Shown here one piece after another: positions 55,087 through 64,000 of a DNA stretch of 64,000 nt; position 1 is the stretch's first letter, and every line of letters begins with the position of its first letter. The notes under the pieces were generated by a model, which was not told where the DNA came from, did not search any database, and saw nothing but the letters and a program-made list of their open reading frames with translations. This DNA is from a virus. A program made the position numbers and the translations under genes. The DNA is taken from positions 18,591 to 82,590 of IMG/VR virus record IMGVR_UViG_3300042691_020932; one strand, written 5' to 3'.

Positions 55087-55606
55087 TTACTTTCCTCAAT
55101 TCAAAACTACCGTCTCCACGGTCAATCCATTCTACCATATCTCCCTCTTTTAGATTTGCTGCTTCCAGAAGGTCATCTGGAAAAGTTACAAAATATTCAC
55201 CACTTGCTCCATCAACTTCAACAGGAAGTTGCCACTTTACTACTTTATCTTTTACTGGATAAATGTCTCCATCTTCAGTTATATGAAGTTTGGATTCTTC
55301 TGGATAATACTGTTCTTCCCAAAAATCACTCCAAGCACCTTTACATTCGGGTGATGAGTCATCTTTATCACAACTCAAGACTTCATTTAGATAATCCTGA
55401 TATTTGTTATTGTCAACACCACTATTCAAAAGAGCAAGAAGTTCATATGCTTGAGATGTTTGATGCTTGTAAGTGTAATAGTTTTCTTTTACTACACCGA
55501 CAATCACATCATAAATCTCCTGAGGTGTTGCTTCACCAACAGACATTGCATCGTGCATCCAATTCTCAAGATTTTCAAGAGAATATTTTTTATAATCCAT
55601 AATCAA
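55073..55606 (-). CDS. Protein with C-terminal AbrB/MazE/SpoVT-like domain
   Basis: YFVTFPDDLLEAANLKEGD.VEW...DGSF.LRK. Confidence 0.75.
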   Translation of the reverse strand: MIMDYKKYSLENLENWMHDAMSVGEATPQEIYDVIVGVVKENYYTYKHQTSQAYELLALLNSGVDNNKYQDYLNEVLSCDKDDSSPECKGAWSDFWEEQYYPEESKLHITEDGDIYPVKDKVVKWQLPVEVDGASGEYFVTFPDDLLEAANLKEGDMVEWIDRGDGSFELRKVNGPE

Positions 55607-55806
55607 TCTTTGGGTTTGGGTTTAGAGCAGTCGTGGCAGTAGTAAGAGAAACCATCACGAAAGTATTTTACAACCTGATAGTGGTCCTTGTCAAGTGGTT
55701 TTTCCACTCCACATTTATCACAAATCCTTGTCTTTCTTGATGGACTTTCGTACTCGTTTGAGTTCTTTGAGTTCCATTTTAATATTTTTGTAAGCAGCGT
55801 CAGCAT
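55603..55806 (-). CDS. Small zinc-finger protein
   Basis: CxxC...KPL...YCxxC. Confidence 0.6.
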   Translation of the reverse strand: MLTLLTKILKWNSKNSNEYESPSRKTRICDKCGVEKPLDKDHYQVVKYFRDGFSYYCHDCSKPKPKD

Positions 55807-55918
55807 CTAATTTGCCTCCAATCTCCATTGCAATAATAATATCTACTCGTGTACCAAAGTGTGCTAATGCGCGTTCGAATGAATCCAATTCATACATCTT
55901 TTTTGTTCCAATTTTCAA
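55718..55918 (-). CDS. Hypothetical protein
   Basis: FE.AL.HFG.RV..I.AME.GGK motif. Confidence 0.7.
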   Translation of the reverse strand: MKIGTKKMYELDSFERALAHFGTRVDIIIAMEIGGKLDADAAYKNIKMELKELKRVRKSIKKDKDL

Positions 55919-56156
55919 GAGTTAGAATATCTATACGAGCATCAACTGCATCAATGGAATTAGATAGTTCATATAAACAATTTGATGTTTCTATATTTTC
56001 TTCCTCAAGTCTTTTTACATCCATTAGAAGACATAAATATCTTTCCTCTAATTCTGCCAACCTACAAGAAATACTGCTGACAGTAGTTGATAGTGGTTTT
56101 TCATTCGGAGAAATAAACCATTTAATAAACTTTCTAATCATTATCAAGTAATCCAA
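55890..56156 (-). CDS. Coiled-coil hypothetical protein
   Basis: LE.ENIE..N.LYEL.N motif. Confidence 0.65.
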   Translation of the reverse strand: MDYLIMIRKFIKWFISPNEKPLSTTVSSISCRLAELEERYLCLLMDVKRLEEENIETSNCLYELSNSIDAVDARIDILTLENWNKKDV

Positions 56157-56636
56157 CAGATTTCAAATAACGTCTATATGACATAAAACGCCCCAGAGAT
56201 GGTTGTCCTGGAGCATTTAGTTGATGACAAATTTCACAATAACATAACCACTCATACCAAGGAGTAGTTTTATCAAGAACGTGATAAGGATATTCTACAG
56301 TAGTTCTTTCCAAAATTGCTCTCCTTTTTGTAGTGCCAATACAACAGTTGTGTGCTCTCGTGCGTGTCTATCAAGGTCTTTATCTTGAAAGTAAATGTTA
56401 GACCTTTCTACAGCACACTTAAAGATGTTAGCCCAAAATTGTTGATTAGGTGTTAGACGCATTATCATTCTTCAGGTCAGGATGTGGAGCATAAAGGGGT
56501 CCAGGATAATTACCAGCAAACTTTCGTTCATTCACACTTTTTACAGTTTCGTGAAGTTGTTTGAGTGCCTCAATAGTTTCTGGTGTTTCAATCCATTCCC
56601 AAGAATTTCCGTTTTTATCTACAAAATTACGTTCAG

Positions 56637-56855
56637 TCATAGTTTTCCTCCAACTTCTCCAGAATAACTCTTTTCAGGTGATTTGTCAAACTCACCTTCT
56701 TGTTTTGCTTTCAAATACCAACGAGTAGCAGTTACGCATTGGTCTTCAGTTAGTGATGTGATAATACCACTACCATCGGGATAGTGCGATTGCCAAGTTC
56801 CCCAACTTTTCTTCTCCACATAGAAAGCATCGTCGTCATAAAATTGTTTATCCAT
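56637..56855 (-). CDS. Hypothetical protein
   Basis: Ends Y.G.VGGKL. Confidence 0.7.
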   Translation of the reverse strand: MDKQFYDDDAFYVEKKSWGTWQSHYPDGSGIITSLTEDQCVTATRWYLKAKQEGEFDKSPEKSYSGEVGGKL

Positions 56856-57122
56856 AATGACTCAATTGCCTCTTTAGTTCTACTTGTGTTGAAATCAATT
56901 TACTGTATAGAAACTCTTGATACTCATTACCTTCCAAGAGTTTTGTAAGATTATCAATCTGCATTAGAGCAAGAATGAGTTTGGTTTTATCATTCATTGT
57001 CATTTAGTTTTTGAAGATGTTCCATAATGACTTTGATGAAGTCTTCTTCAGTCCAGGTGTTGAGAATACTTTCCGTAGGAGAAGTCTCGTCCCAACTGAT
57101 AGTGAATGATTTGTCTTCATTT

Positions 57123-57374
57123 TCAATTACTTGTATCATTTTTCATCGCTGATTGAGTGTTATTACAATGTAAGAAGTATTTGTATTCGGCAAGTGCTCC
57201 ATAATGCCATTGAATTATATCACATCCTTTATATGTACCAACCACTTTTGTTTCTTGCGAATGTTCTGTTGGGCTATCACCCCAAGAGATAAAACCAATA
57301 ATAATAATAGCAACTACAACAGCACCAACTACTCCAAGAAACTCTTTCCGTGCTTGTTTATCATCTTCAGTCAT
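57123..57374 (-). CDS. Small membrane protein
   Basis: Transmembrane helix; V..Y.GC....YFL.C. Confidence 0.65.
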   Translation of the reverse strand: MTEDDKQARKEFLGVVGAVVVAIIIIGFISWGDSPTEHSQETKVVGTYKGCDIIQWHYGALAEYKYFLHCNNTQSAMKNDTSN

Positions 57375-58375
57375 TTTCTGTCTCCCAAAGTTCATCCCAA
57401 GGTGCTTTTTTATTCATAATTTTCCTGAGTCTTTCTACTTTCTCAGGGTCTGGTGGTGCATTAATTGCAGCAATCAGAGCATCATATGCTTCTTGACTCA
57501 CATACATCTTTTGTGGTTTCATACCAAGATGCTTGATACATTTGCGTTCGTATCTCCACTCTTTATACCTATACCATAATGACCGTAGAAAGTTCATTTA
57601 TTTCTCATTACATAAGAATAGTATGGGTCTCTGCCCGATAGATTGTATGGGTCAAATCCTGGTCGAGTCATAATCCATTCATCTTCCATTTGCATATAAC
57701 CCCATGAAAGTTCTTCAAAAAATGCAAGTCTATCAATATTATCTTCTAATTGCAAACGAAAGTCAATGCAGTTTCTCCAAGACCACCAACACTCTTCAAA
57801 CCAATAAGTAATCAACATAAGAACTGATATTACAAATAATGTTATCCAACTCTTTTTAATTTTTTCCATTGATACTCCACCAGAAATCTTGTGCTCTTAT
57901 ATAATCATCCAACCGATAATCGGAATGGTTGATGAGACGATACCAATACCAGAATGGAGTATGTTTAATCGGAAAAAATCCGATTATCCACTTATTTAAG
58001 AACACAGGAAAGTCCATCAGCAGGTTTCATCACTCCAAAAATAATTTAGTTGATTATCTTTTGCTACGATGTTTAGGTGATAAATTTTATTGTCTTGTGT
58101 ATAGCACCCAACCCAGAGAGCATTAGAATCCATACTCTCTAAGTGAAACATTTTGAGATTCTCCAGTACAATTTCATCTGGATTCTTTACCCACTTACTC
58201 ATTTTGCTTTCTGTTCTACATTAGAAGTTGCATAGTGTTTGTCAATATGAACGGCTGATACTACAATTACCAGACCACAAATTGCAGCGAGCATTACATC
58301 TCCAAGTTTCATTGTTTTCTCCTTAGTTTTCATTTCTACGTAGTTGTCAATAAATGAACTTTGTATTAAATGTTA

Positions 58376-58687
58376 TTATTTCAGCAACTCATCAACATCA
58401 ACTTGATAAAAGTCCATTGGTTTGTTTTTACCCAACAATCCTAGCACATATCCCTCAAAATCCGTAGAATCCGACTCGTAGATGACATGGCCGTGATTAT
58501 TGTCACTCTCAGTATAGTTGGCAAGATAATCAGAGAATGTGACAAAGATTGCCATAGCTCGTGCTTTATCGTGCTCCGTAAGTGTTTTATGTGGATGTGC
58601 CACAATACACATAATGGTGTTGAATAGTTCCTCTGGCGTATAAGAAAACGCTGGCGCTTCTTCGTTGAGTTTCAATGGATTAGTCAT
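58376..58687 (-). CDS. Hypothetical protein
   Basis: ATGA-coupled ORF. Confidence 0.7.
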   Translation of the reverse strand: MTNPLKLNEEAPAFSYTPEELFNTIMCIVAHPHKTLTEHDKARAMAIFVTFSDYLANYTESDNNHGHVIYESDSTDFEGYVLGLLGKNKPMDFYQVDVDELLK

Positions 58688-59001
58688 TTTTTAGATTTTG
58701 GAGTGCGAGTAGTGTTTCTAGTGGAATCCACGCTGGATTTTCGTTTGCGAACTGGACTTTTACTTCCGTCACTTTTTGGTTGAGACTTTTGCTCCACACT
58801 TCTCTTGTGTTTTTTACTGGTGTCAATGGGTTTTCCATCACGATAATCAATCTTTGTTTTCTTAGTATCTAGTTTATACCTTTCTAGGTATTTGTCAAGG
58901 TGTTCTTGACACTCAAACCAACAAATTGTAGGGTTCTTTCCGTCACCAAACTCTAGTCTAAATCCAAACTTATCATATGGAAACAGTTCAGTGGAAATCA
59001 T
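58684..59001 (-). CDS. Hypothetical protein
   Basis: CWF.C.EHL.KY..RY motif. Confidence 0.7.
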   Translation of the reverse strand: MISTELFPYDKFGFRLEFGDGKNPTICWFECQEHLDKYLERYKLDTKKTKIDYRDGKPIDTSKKHKRSVEQKSQPKSDGSKSPVRKRKSSVDSTRNTTRTPKSKK

Positions 59002-59378
59002 CGGGTGATGTGTTCGTACTCAACTAATCTACCATACTTGAAGTGGATTCTGCAACGGGGCCAGTCTTCCCACTGTCCATCCCAAGTTGCAGGATAAACC
59101 TCAACATAATCGGTGATGTAGCAGGGTTCTACTTTACCGTGTTTCCCTGTTGGTATCCATTCAAAGTTTAAAAATCCTCTTTTTGGATCATAACGATCAT
59201 CATCTTCCTTAATATCTTCAAATGTATGAGTTTCCCTGTAAGTAAGTTCATATAAAGATCCATCAGGTGCAATCCAATAATGGCACATTGCACAAGCAAG
59301 TCCTTTAGTTTGCATTGGTACATTAGTGAATTGTTCTCCCAAATCATAAGAAGAACGAATGTCGTCATATAGTCCCAT
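58998..59378 (-). CDS. Conserved phage hypothetical protein (MG.YD...QTK...Y.I..DG family)
   Basis: Recurrent motif. Confidence 0.75.
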   Translation of the reverse strand: MGLYDDIRSSYDLGEQFTNVPMQTKGLACAMCHYWIAPDGSLYELTYRETHTFEDIKEDDDRYDPKRGFLNFEWIPTGKHGKVEPCYITDYVEVYPATWDGQWEDWPRCRIHFKYGRLVEYEHITR

Positions 59379-59519
59379 TATTTTTCTCCAAGTTTAACAG
59401 GAAACTCCTCATCACTCAAGTCATTATACAACAGTTTTGCAAAGATTTCATATGCAGGTTGTCTGGTTTCAATCGCAGATGAGGTTGCAACAGACCACAT
59501 AATCCTCAACTGAAACTTA

Positions 59520-59900
59520 TCAGGCAAAGTCTTCATCATTCAACTCCACATCTTTTACAAGGTCTTTGACTCTATCAAAAAAGTCTTCATCAAGCGGAAC
59601 AACTTTTTCCTTACCACTATCAATATCATCAACCATTTGAAGCAAACTATCCAAGAAGTGTTTAGGATAAATTTCATCTTCAAGACTATCCCAGAAGTAA
59701 AGAATACACTGCTCCAATGGGTCATCAGTTTTGAGAAGTGCATAGTCTTGATAGTTATTTCCCATCAAGTCAGCCCAATTCTTAAAGGCATACCAGCAAT
59801 TATACCAACCCTGAATAATACAAGATTGCCAATAGTATTCAATCCAGGATAGTTTAACTTTCTTTGTATTAGTCCCTAGAAGTGGTCTTGAGAATATCAT
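59520..59900 (-). CDS. Hypothetical protein
   Basis: Co-oriented ORF. Confidence 0.7.
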   Translation of the reverse strand: MIFSRPLLGTNTKKVKLSWIEYYWQSCIIQGWYNCWYAFKNWADLMGNNYQDYALLKTDDPLEQCILYFWDSLEDEIYPKHFLDSLLQMVDDIDSGKEKVVPLDEDFFDRVKDLVKDVELNDEDFA

Positions 59901-60074
59901 TGTAAGTATCGCGGTTTTTCTGTGTCAAACTGGTAGAACTTCACGTCTTTCATATCAAGGCACATTCGCACAGTTTCGTGCTCTCTGTGTTCCCTATCTG
60001 TTCCTCTATATAGTCCCCTGCGTTGATAAGCACAGCACCAAACATTATAGTAAATTTTAGATTTCTCGTTCATT

Positions 60075-60464
60075 TCAATCCCAACTTACGTTCTGAATTA
60101 GGAATCCAGGCATTACATAAGTCCACGAACCAAGTTCTTGATTTCCACCAACCTTATATTCCCATTTGTATTCATATTTGTTATGAGAATCCCAGGTCAT
60201 ATATCCTTTCTCTTTATCAAATCGACCCTTAATAGTGAGGCCAAACTTATTGGAAAAGATGTTACGAGTGCGAAGTGCTCCACCAGTTTCGCGAGTTTCA
60301 ATCACCACACAGGTATCAGGATAGGTTTGACTACCTGCCTCCAAAATGCAAGGAGTTTCATAACGAAATGGACGATAAGTTTTTACATCCTGTGCGAAAG
60401 CAGGGGAAGAGAAGAGAATAAAGGCAAGAGCAAATAGTTTTTTCATCCGATTACACGATAACAA
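60075..60464 (-). CDS. Secreted/periplasmic hypothetical protein
   Basis: Signal peptide MKKLFALAFILFSSPAFA. Confidence 0.7.
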   Translation of the reverse strand: MLSCNRMKKLFALAFILFSSPAFAQDVKTYRPFRYETPCILEAGSQTYPDTCVVIETRETGGALRTRNIFSNKFGLTIKGRFDKEKGYMTWDSHNKYEYKWEYKVGGNQELGSWTYVMPGFLIQNVSWD

Positions 60465-60757
60465 ACAGTAGCATTACCCTTACGGGTTGATTGAATGTGA
60501 GCGAATGCAGCATAACTTAAGTCAATGTCTGCATGAGAATATGGACCTCTATCATTTACACGAACAATTACCTGTTTTCCATTGTCTTGATTTGTGACCC
60601 TAATTCTACTTCCCATTGGGAGATATGGGTGAGCGGCAGTCCAACGATAAGCGTCAAATCTTTCACCATTTGCAGTAATTTGGCCGTGAAATCCATCACC
60701 AATTCCATAAAAAGTTGCAATTCCACAGGTAAGTCCAGCAATTAAAGATTCTACCAT
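60443..60757 (-). CDS. rlpA: RlpA-like (DPBB) lytic transglycosylase domain protein
   Basis: A.FYG..FHG..TANGE.FD...TAAH..LP.G...RVTN..NG..V.VRVNDRGPY....DLS.AAF. Confidence 0.88.
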   Translation of the reverse strand: MVESLIAGLTCGIATFYGIGDGFHGQITANGERFDAYRWTAAHPYLPMGSRIRVTNQDNGKQVIVRVNDRGPYSHADIDLSYAAFAHIQSTRKGNATVCYRVIG

Positions 60758-60758
60758 A

Positions 60759-61286
60759 TTATGAGAAGTTGTAATGAACTCGGGTGTAGAAATCTTTGAA
60801 GCAACTCTTATTAGACAGCTTCATCATCACAGGGGGGATGTAATATGAACATTCAGCAAAGAAATCTTCTTTGGAAAGGAATTTGAGACCATGAAGATAC
60901 CAAGTGCCAAACTGTTTGTGAAACTCTCTCACAGCACGATACTGTTTGGAATTGATGGGCACATACCGATTATCTTCTGTAAAGTCATCACCATATGGTG
61001 TTGCCTGTGTCATCATAATACAAGTGGTTTGACCTTCACCTGTGCCGAAGTATTCAGAAATCATATACACCCAGTATTCATCACATGGGAATACATCACG
61101 CTGATACTTCTGCTCATATTCTACCATACAAGCATCAGCAACCAATTGAAAGTTTTCTTTCTTCTTTGCTTGCAGTTCTTCAATCAGTTCTTCGTGTTCA
61201 ATCTTACGAAGTTCTTTGAGAGCATCAGAATACTTACCGATACCAGCAATAGCAGTTCTGATTGTTTCGTTGTAATCTTCAGTCAC
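60759..61286 (-). CDS. Hypothetical protein
   Basis: Y..TGEG.T motif; coupled ORF. Confidence 0.7.
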   Translation of the reverse strand: MTEDYNETIRTAIAGIGKYSDALKELRKIEHEELIEELQAKKKENFQLVADACMVEYEQKYQRDVFPCDEYWVYMISEYFGTGEGQTTCIMMTQATPYGDDFTEDNRYVPINSKQYRAVREFHKQFGTWYLHGLKFLSKEDFFAECSYYIPPVMMKLSNKSCFKDFYTRVHYNFS

Positions 61287-61561
61287 GATAGAAATACCTT
61301 AAGTGTGCGTCCATTGTCTTGTTCTGATATTTGAACATTAGAGCAGTCATATTGAACAAACTCTCGTCCATTCTTACCAATCACTTCTACACGATTGATA
61401 AGTGGATAAGACTTAATGTAATCACCATTCGGTGCTTCATAGTCTACATCGTCTTCACCTTGGAAATCACCATATTCAATTCCAAGTGATTCTAATGCTT
61501 TGTTTTCTGCTTCTCTTCGTGCTGCTTCTTCAAGCATTTCTTCGTGTGTTGGGTCAGTCAT
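61283..61561 (-). CDS. Hypothetical protein
   Basis: RVEVI...GR....QD.GRTLKVF motif. Confidence 0.75.
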   Translation of the reverse strand: MTDPTHEEMLEEAARREAENKALESLGIEYGDFQGEDDVDYEAPNGDYIKSYPLINRVEVIGKNGREFVQYDCSNVQISEQDNGRTLKVFLS

Positions 61562-61796
61562 TTTTAATCACCTCAAATGTATCATCCGTAAGTTTTCGGT
61601 TTAGAATCTTGACTTCAGATTCAAGTGATTCAATTCTATCACAAAACTCTGCGATAATGCCAATCAGACAATCATAATCAATATTCTCAATATCCTCTCC
61701 ATATTCTGGGTCATTATAGGAATAATGGTTGAGTTCTTTTTTGAAGTTGCGGTCAGTCATACACTCCACTCCCTTGCTTCCCAATCCATCAGGCAC
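61554..61796 (-). CDS. Hypothetical protein
   Basis: Probable start MTDRNF at 61760. Confidence 0.6.
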   Translation of the reverse strand: MPDGLGSKGVECMTDRNFKKELNHYSYNDPEYGEDIENIDYDCLIGIIAEFCDRIESLESEVKILNRKLTDDTFEVIKND

Positions 61797-61951
61797 ATAT
61801 CAGTTTGTTGCTTGTCTGTGTAATTTTCATAAGCATATTGACGACACTCTTCTTCAGTGCCCTCAAATAGCATTTCATACATCTTGTGGTCTCCATCGTA
61901 GGTAATCTTATAAAGACCCCACTCATCATAGCAGTCAGGAAAGAATGGCAT
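61757..61951 (-). CDS. Acidic hypothetical protein
   Basis: Coupled ORF. Confidence 0.6.
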   Translation of the reverse strand: MPFFPDCYDEWGLYKITYDGDHKMYEMLFEGTEEECRQYAYENYTDKQQTDMCLMDWEAREWSV

Positions 61952-62682
61952 TATCGTAGTTTACTCTTGATTTTGTTGAGACAATCGTTGAAACCTTCTA
62001 CTGTACATTCAACATAAACATTTTGAGAACCAGAAGCAGATTGTTCTTTCGGCAACCACAACTGAATTTGGTCTACCAAATCTTCAATAGAAGTTTCCAT
62101 ATCCCAATCACTATGAGTTGTGAATACATCTTCCCACCAATCATAAATCAAATCAGTAAGATTTTGTGGTTTATTTTTTTCTCTCCATTCTTTGATAATG
62201 TCAAGAGAGTTCTTGAAATTCTTATCATTATCCTCTTCATCAATTTTCTTTTGAATTTCTTTCCAGTTTTCTGTTTGTTGTGCTTTTACAAATGCCTCTT
62301 TGAGTGATTGTGATGTTTGCTCTGGTGTCTGTGGTTTCAACCAATCTAATGGGTCTTTATCGGGATTTTCTTCACACCATTCCAGATTCTCCTTCACAAC
62401 TCTTTCTACATCCTTATGAAGTCGTTCTCCCCGTTCTTGTGCGGTTTCTTTCACCTTCTCTTCATAAGCAGCATCATAACCCTTCTGGAAAGCATCCCAA
62501 GAAATTACATTCCAATTATCTAGTGGAGTAAGGTCTTCACTAACATCTTTCACAGGATACTTACCATAAACTCTTTTATATGCTTCTTCTACTGGTGTTT
62601 TTGTTTTTTCCAGTTCTTCAAGGAATGAGAGTTTCTTTTCAAGCACTTTGATTTGTGCTTTTACTTCTTCAAGTTCAGTCAT
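61951..62682 (-). CDS. Hypothetical protein (mosaic)
   Basis: Coiled N-terminus; C-terminus similar to 62679-63005. Confidence 0.75.
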   Translation of the reverse strand: MTELEEVKAQIKVLEKKLSFLEELEKTKTPVEEAYKRVYGKYPVKDVSEDLTPLDNWNVISWDAFQKGYDAAYEEKVKETAQERGERLHKDVERVVKENLEWCEENPDKDPLDWLKPQTPEQTSQSLKEAFVKAQQTENWKEIQKKIDEEDNDKNFKNSLDIIKEWREKNKPQNLTDLIYDWWEDVFTTHSDWDMETSIEDLVDQIQLWLPKEQSASGSQNVYVECTVEGFNDCLNKIKSKLR

Positions 62683-63005
62683 TTCAATTTTTCCTCCATT
62701 TTCCTGATTGCATCATTATAACCCAAAAAATACTCTGAAAGACCAACACCTTCATAAGTATCAGGCATAAACTCCTTCACAATATTCAGTATCTCAATTA
62801 CCAACAAATCTTTATGTTCTTTGGATTGTGTGAAGTTTAGTGTTTCAATCCATCCTTCCAGTTTATTGGAAAGAGTTGGAGGTTCTTCAATCCTCTTATA
62901 TTTCACACCACCAATCTCAATAGTGTCTGGTGGTTGTTTATCTTTGTTAAGTGGTCCATAAACTTGTTCCATTAGTTTTTGAAAGTCCTTTTCAATACCA
63001 AACAT
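62679..63005 (-). CDS. Hypothetical protein
   Basis: IEI.GVKY.R motif; coupled ORF. Confidence 0.7.
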   Translation of the reverse strand: MFGIEKDFQKLMEQVYGPLNKDKQPPDTIEIGGVKYKRIEEPPTLSNKLEGWIETLNFTQSKEHKDLLVIEILNIVKEFMPDTYEGVGLSEYFLGYNDAIRKMEEKLK

Positions 63006-63205
63006 TACAGGTTCTCCAACTCATCACATACATCAAGAATATCACGAGCATCAAGTACCATATCTTCTACACCTTCATCTCCACAACACTGATAGTATTG
63101 AAGTTCAAATACTAACTCACGGAGAGCAGCAACTAAACCACTTCCAGTATATGAGGTTTCGTATGCTTCATTAACTGCTTGTGCTACTTCTTTTTTGTTA
63201 GTCAT
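63005..63205 (-). CDS. Hypothetical protein
   Basis: Ends DELENL. Confidence 0.65.
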   Translation of the reverse strand: MTNKKEVAQAVNEAYETSYTGSGLVAALRELVFELQYYQCCGDEGVEDMVLDARDILDVCDELENL

Positions 63206-63432
63206 AGGTTCTCTAACTCATCACTCCAAGGATAATGATAATCTACCTCAATACATTCTAAAAGTGTGCGGGCAAACATAATCTCACCATAATCAGAACC
63301 ATCTTCAAAAATATCCCAGTTATGGTGTGGATATTCATAATCAGGATTTAGATTATAACAAGTTGGTTGTTCTGCGTAATTTTTGAGAACCTTGAGAAGA
63401 TGGGTGAGTTTTTCGGTGTCAGTCATAATCAA
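63202..63432 (-). CDS. Hypothetical protein
   Basis: Ends DELENL. Confidence 0.65.
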   Translation of the reverse strand: MIMTDTEKLTHLLKVLKNYAEQPTCYNLNPDYEYPHHNWDIFEDGSDYGEIMFARTLLECIEVDYHYPWSDELENL

Positions 63433-63594
63433 TAGTTTTCATCAACATACAGTTCTGCCTCATCATCTCTTCCTTTATTATACATTACTCGGGCAAACTC
63501 AAGAATAAGAGAAGGGGTTACTTTCCAATCTCTAATATCGTCTTCATCGTGACGGCAGAATTTGAAATTTTCAGCAAGTTGTAGGATTTGTTCG

Positions 63595-63906
63595 TTAGTC
63601 ATCACCAAACTCCTTTTTCAGTTTCTCATACTCTTTGCGTCTGCGTTCTTTTGCTTTGAGTTTTTCTGTTTTTTCTTTTTCCAGCAACTTCATTCGTTTC
63701 TCATACTCTTTGTCGTTTTCTTCACGATGCTTGTAAAGATAAGGAACTTCGTGTTCACAGCCTTCATAATCCAGTTCATACTTTGTTTCAATACCTTCCC
63801 AACCAGCATCTAATTCAGATTGAAGTGAAGAAATGATACTTTCAAGGGAACCTTCAAAGTCCCCATAATACTTTTCAGTTTCTTTTACTTGAATTCGGTT
63901 AGTCAT
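63595..63906 (-). CDS. Hypothetical protein
   Basis: R.E.D.EY..R...E...Y.KLK..F C-terminus. Confidence 0.7.
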   Translation of the reverse strand: MTNRIQVKETEKYYGDFEGSLESIISSLQSELDAGWEGIETKYELDYEGCEHEVPYLYKHREENDKEYEKRMKLLEKEKTEKLKAKERRRKEYEKLKKEFGDD

Positions 63907-64000
63907 TCTTCATCCTCATCAAATCCACCAACACCAATATCTACAAAGGTAGAACCATTTACCTCCTCAAAGAGTTGGAATTCAAAATCACCTTGATAAA

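Noticed and set aside
58322-58350. TTGACA as a sigma70 promoter
   Set aside because: No acceptable -10 hexamer at about 17 nt spacing.
1001-63813. Plus-strand ORFs in the track (e.g. 48663-49544, 43853-44458, 10002-10535)
   Set aside because: They are antisense to well-supported minus-strand genes and have no recognisable motifs.

Overview
This is a 64 kb segment of a T4-like cyanomyovirus (Kyanoviridae-type, probably infecting picocyanobacteria). The assignment is inferred from gene order and protein motifs, with no database search. Almost all genuine genes are on the minus strand. About 1-33 kb is an AT-rich late structural module, read in transcription order as gp25, gp6, giant gp7, gp9/10-like fibre, gp8, VrlC/DUF4815-like virion protein, gp13, gp14, gp15, gp16, with T4-type ATAAATA late promoters. 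The VrlC-like gene is split into three genes. The middle piece ends in a poly-Gly tract and the first half of a peptidase S74 chaperone; the second half is a separate ORF. About 34.5-36.8 kb is a dense regulatory junction with sigma70 promoters, hairpins and a perfect 17-bp inverted repeat. About 35.9-54.6 kb is an array of mostly small genes punctuated by 16 copies of a 29-bp element (TGGGCC-N4-AAAGTGTCC-TARTART-R). Each copy sits between a stop codon and the next start. The array includes a nuclease+methyltransferase pair, an SF2 helicase, a ligase-fold protein and two capsid-targeted internal-protein-like genes. About 55-64 kb holds tightly coupled small hypothetical genes plus RlpA-like and AbrB-like proteins. 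No tRNA, rRNA or CRISPR array was seen.
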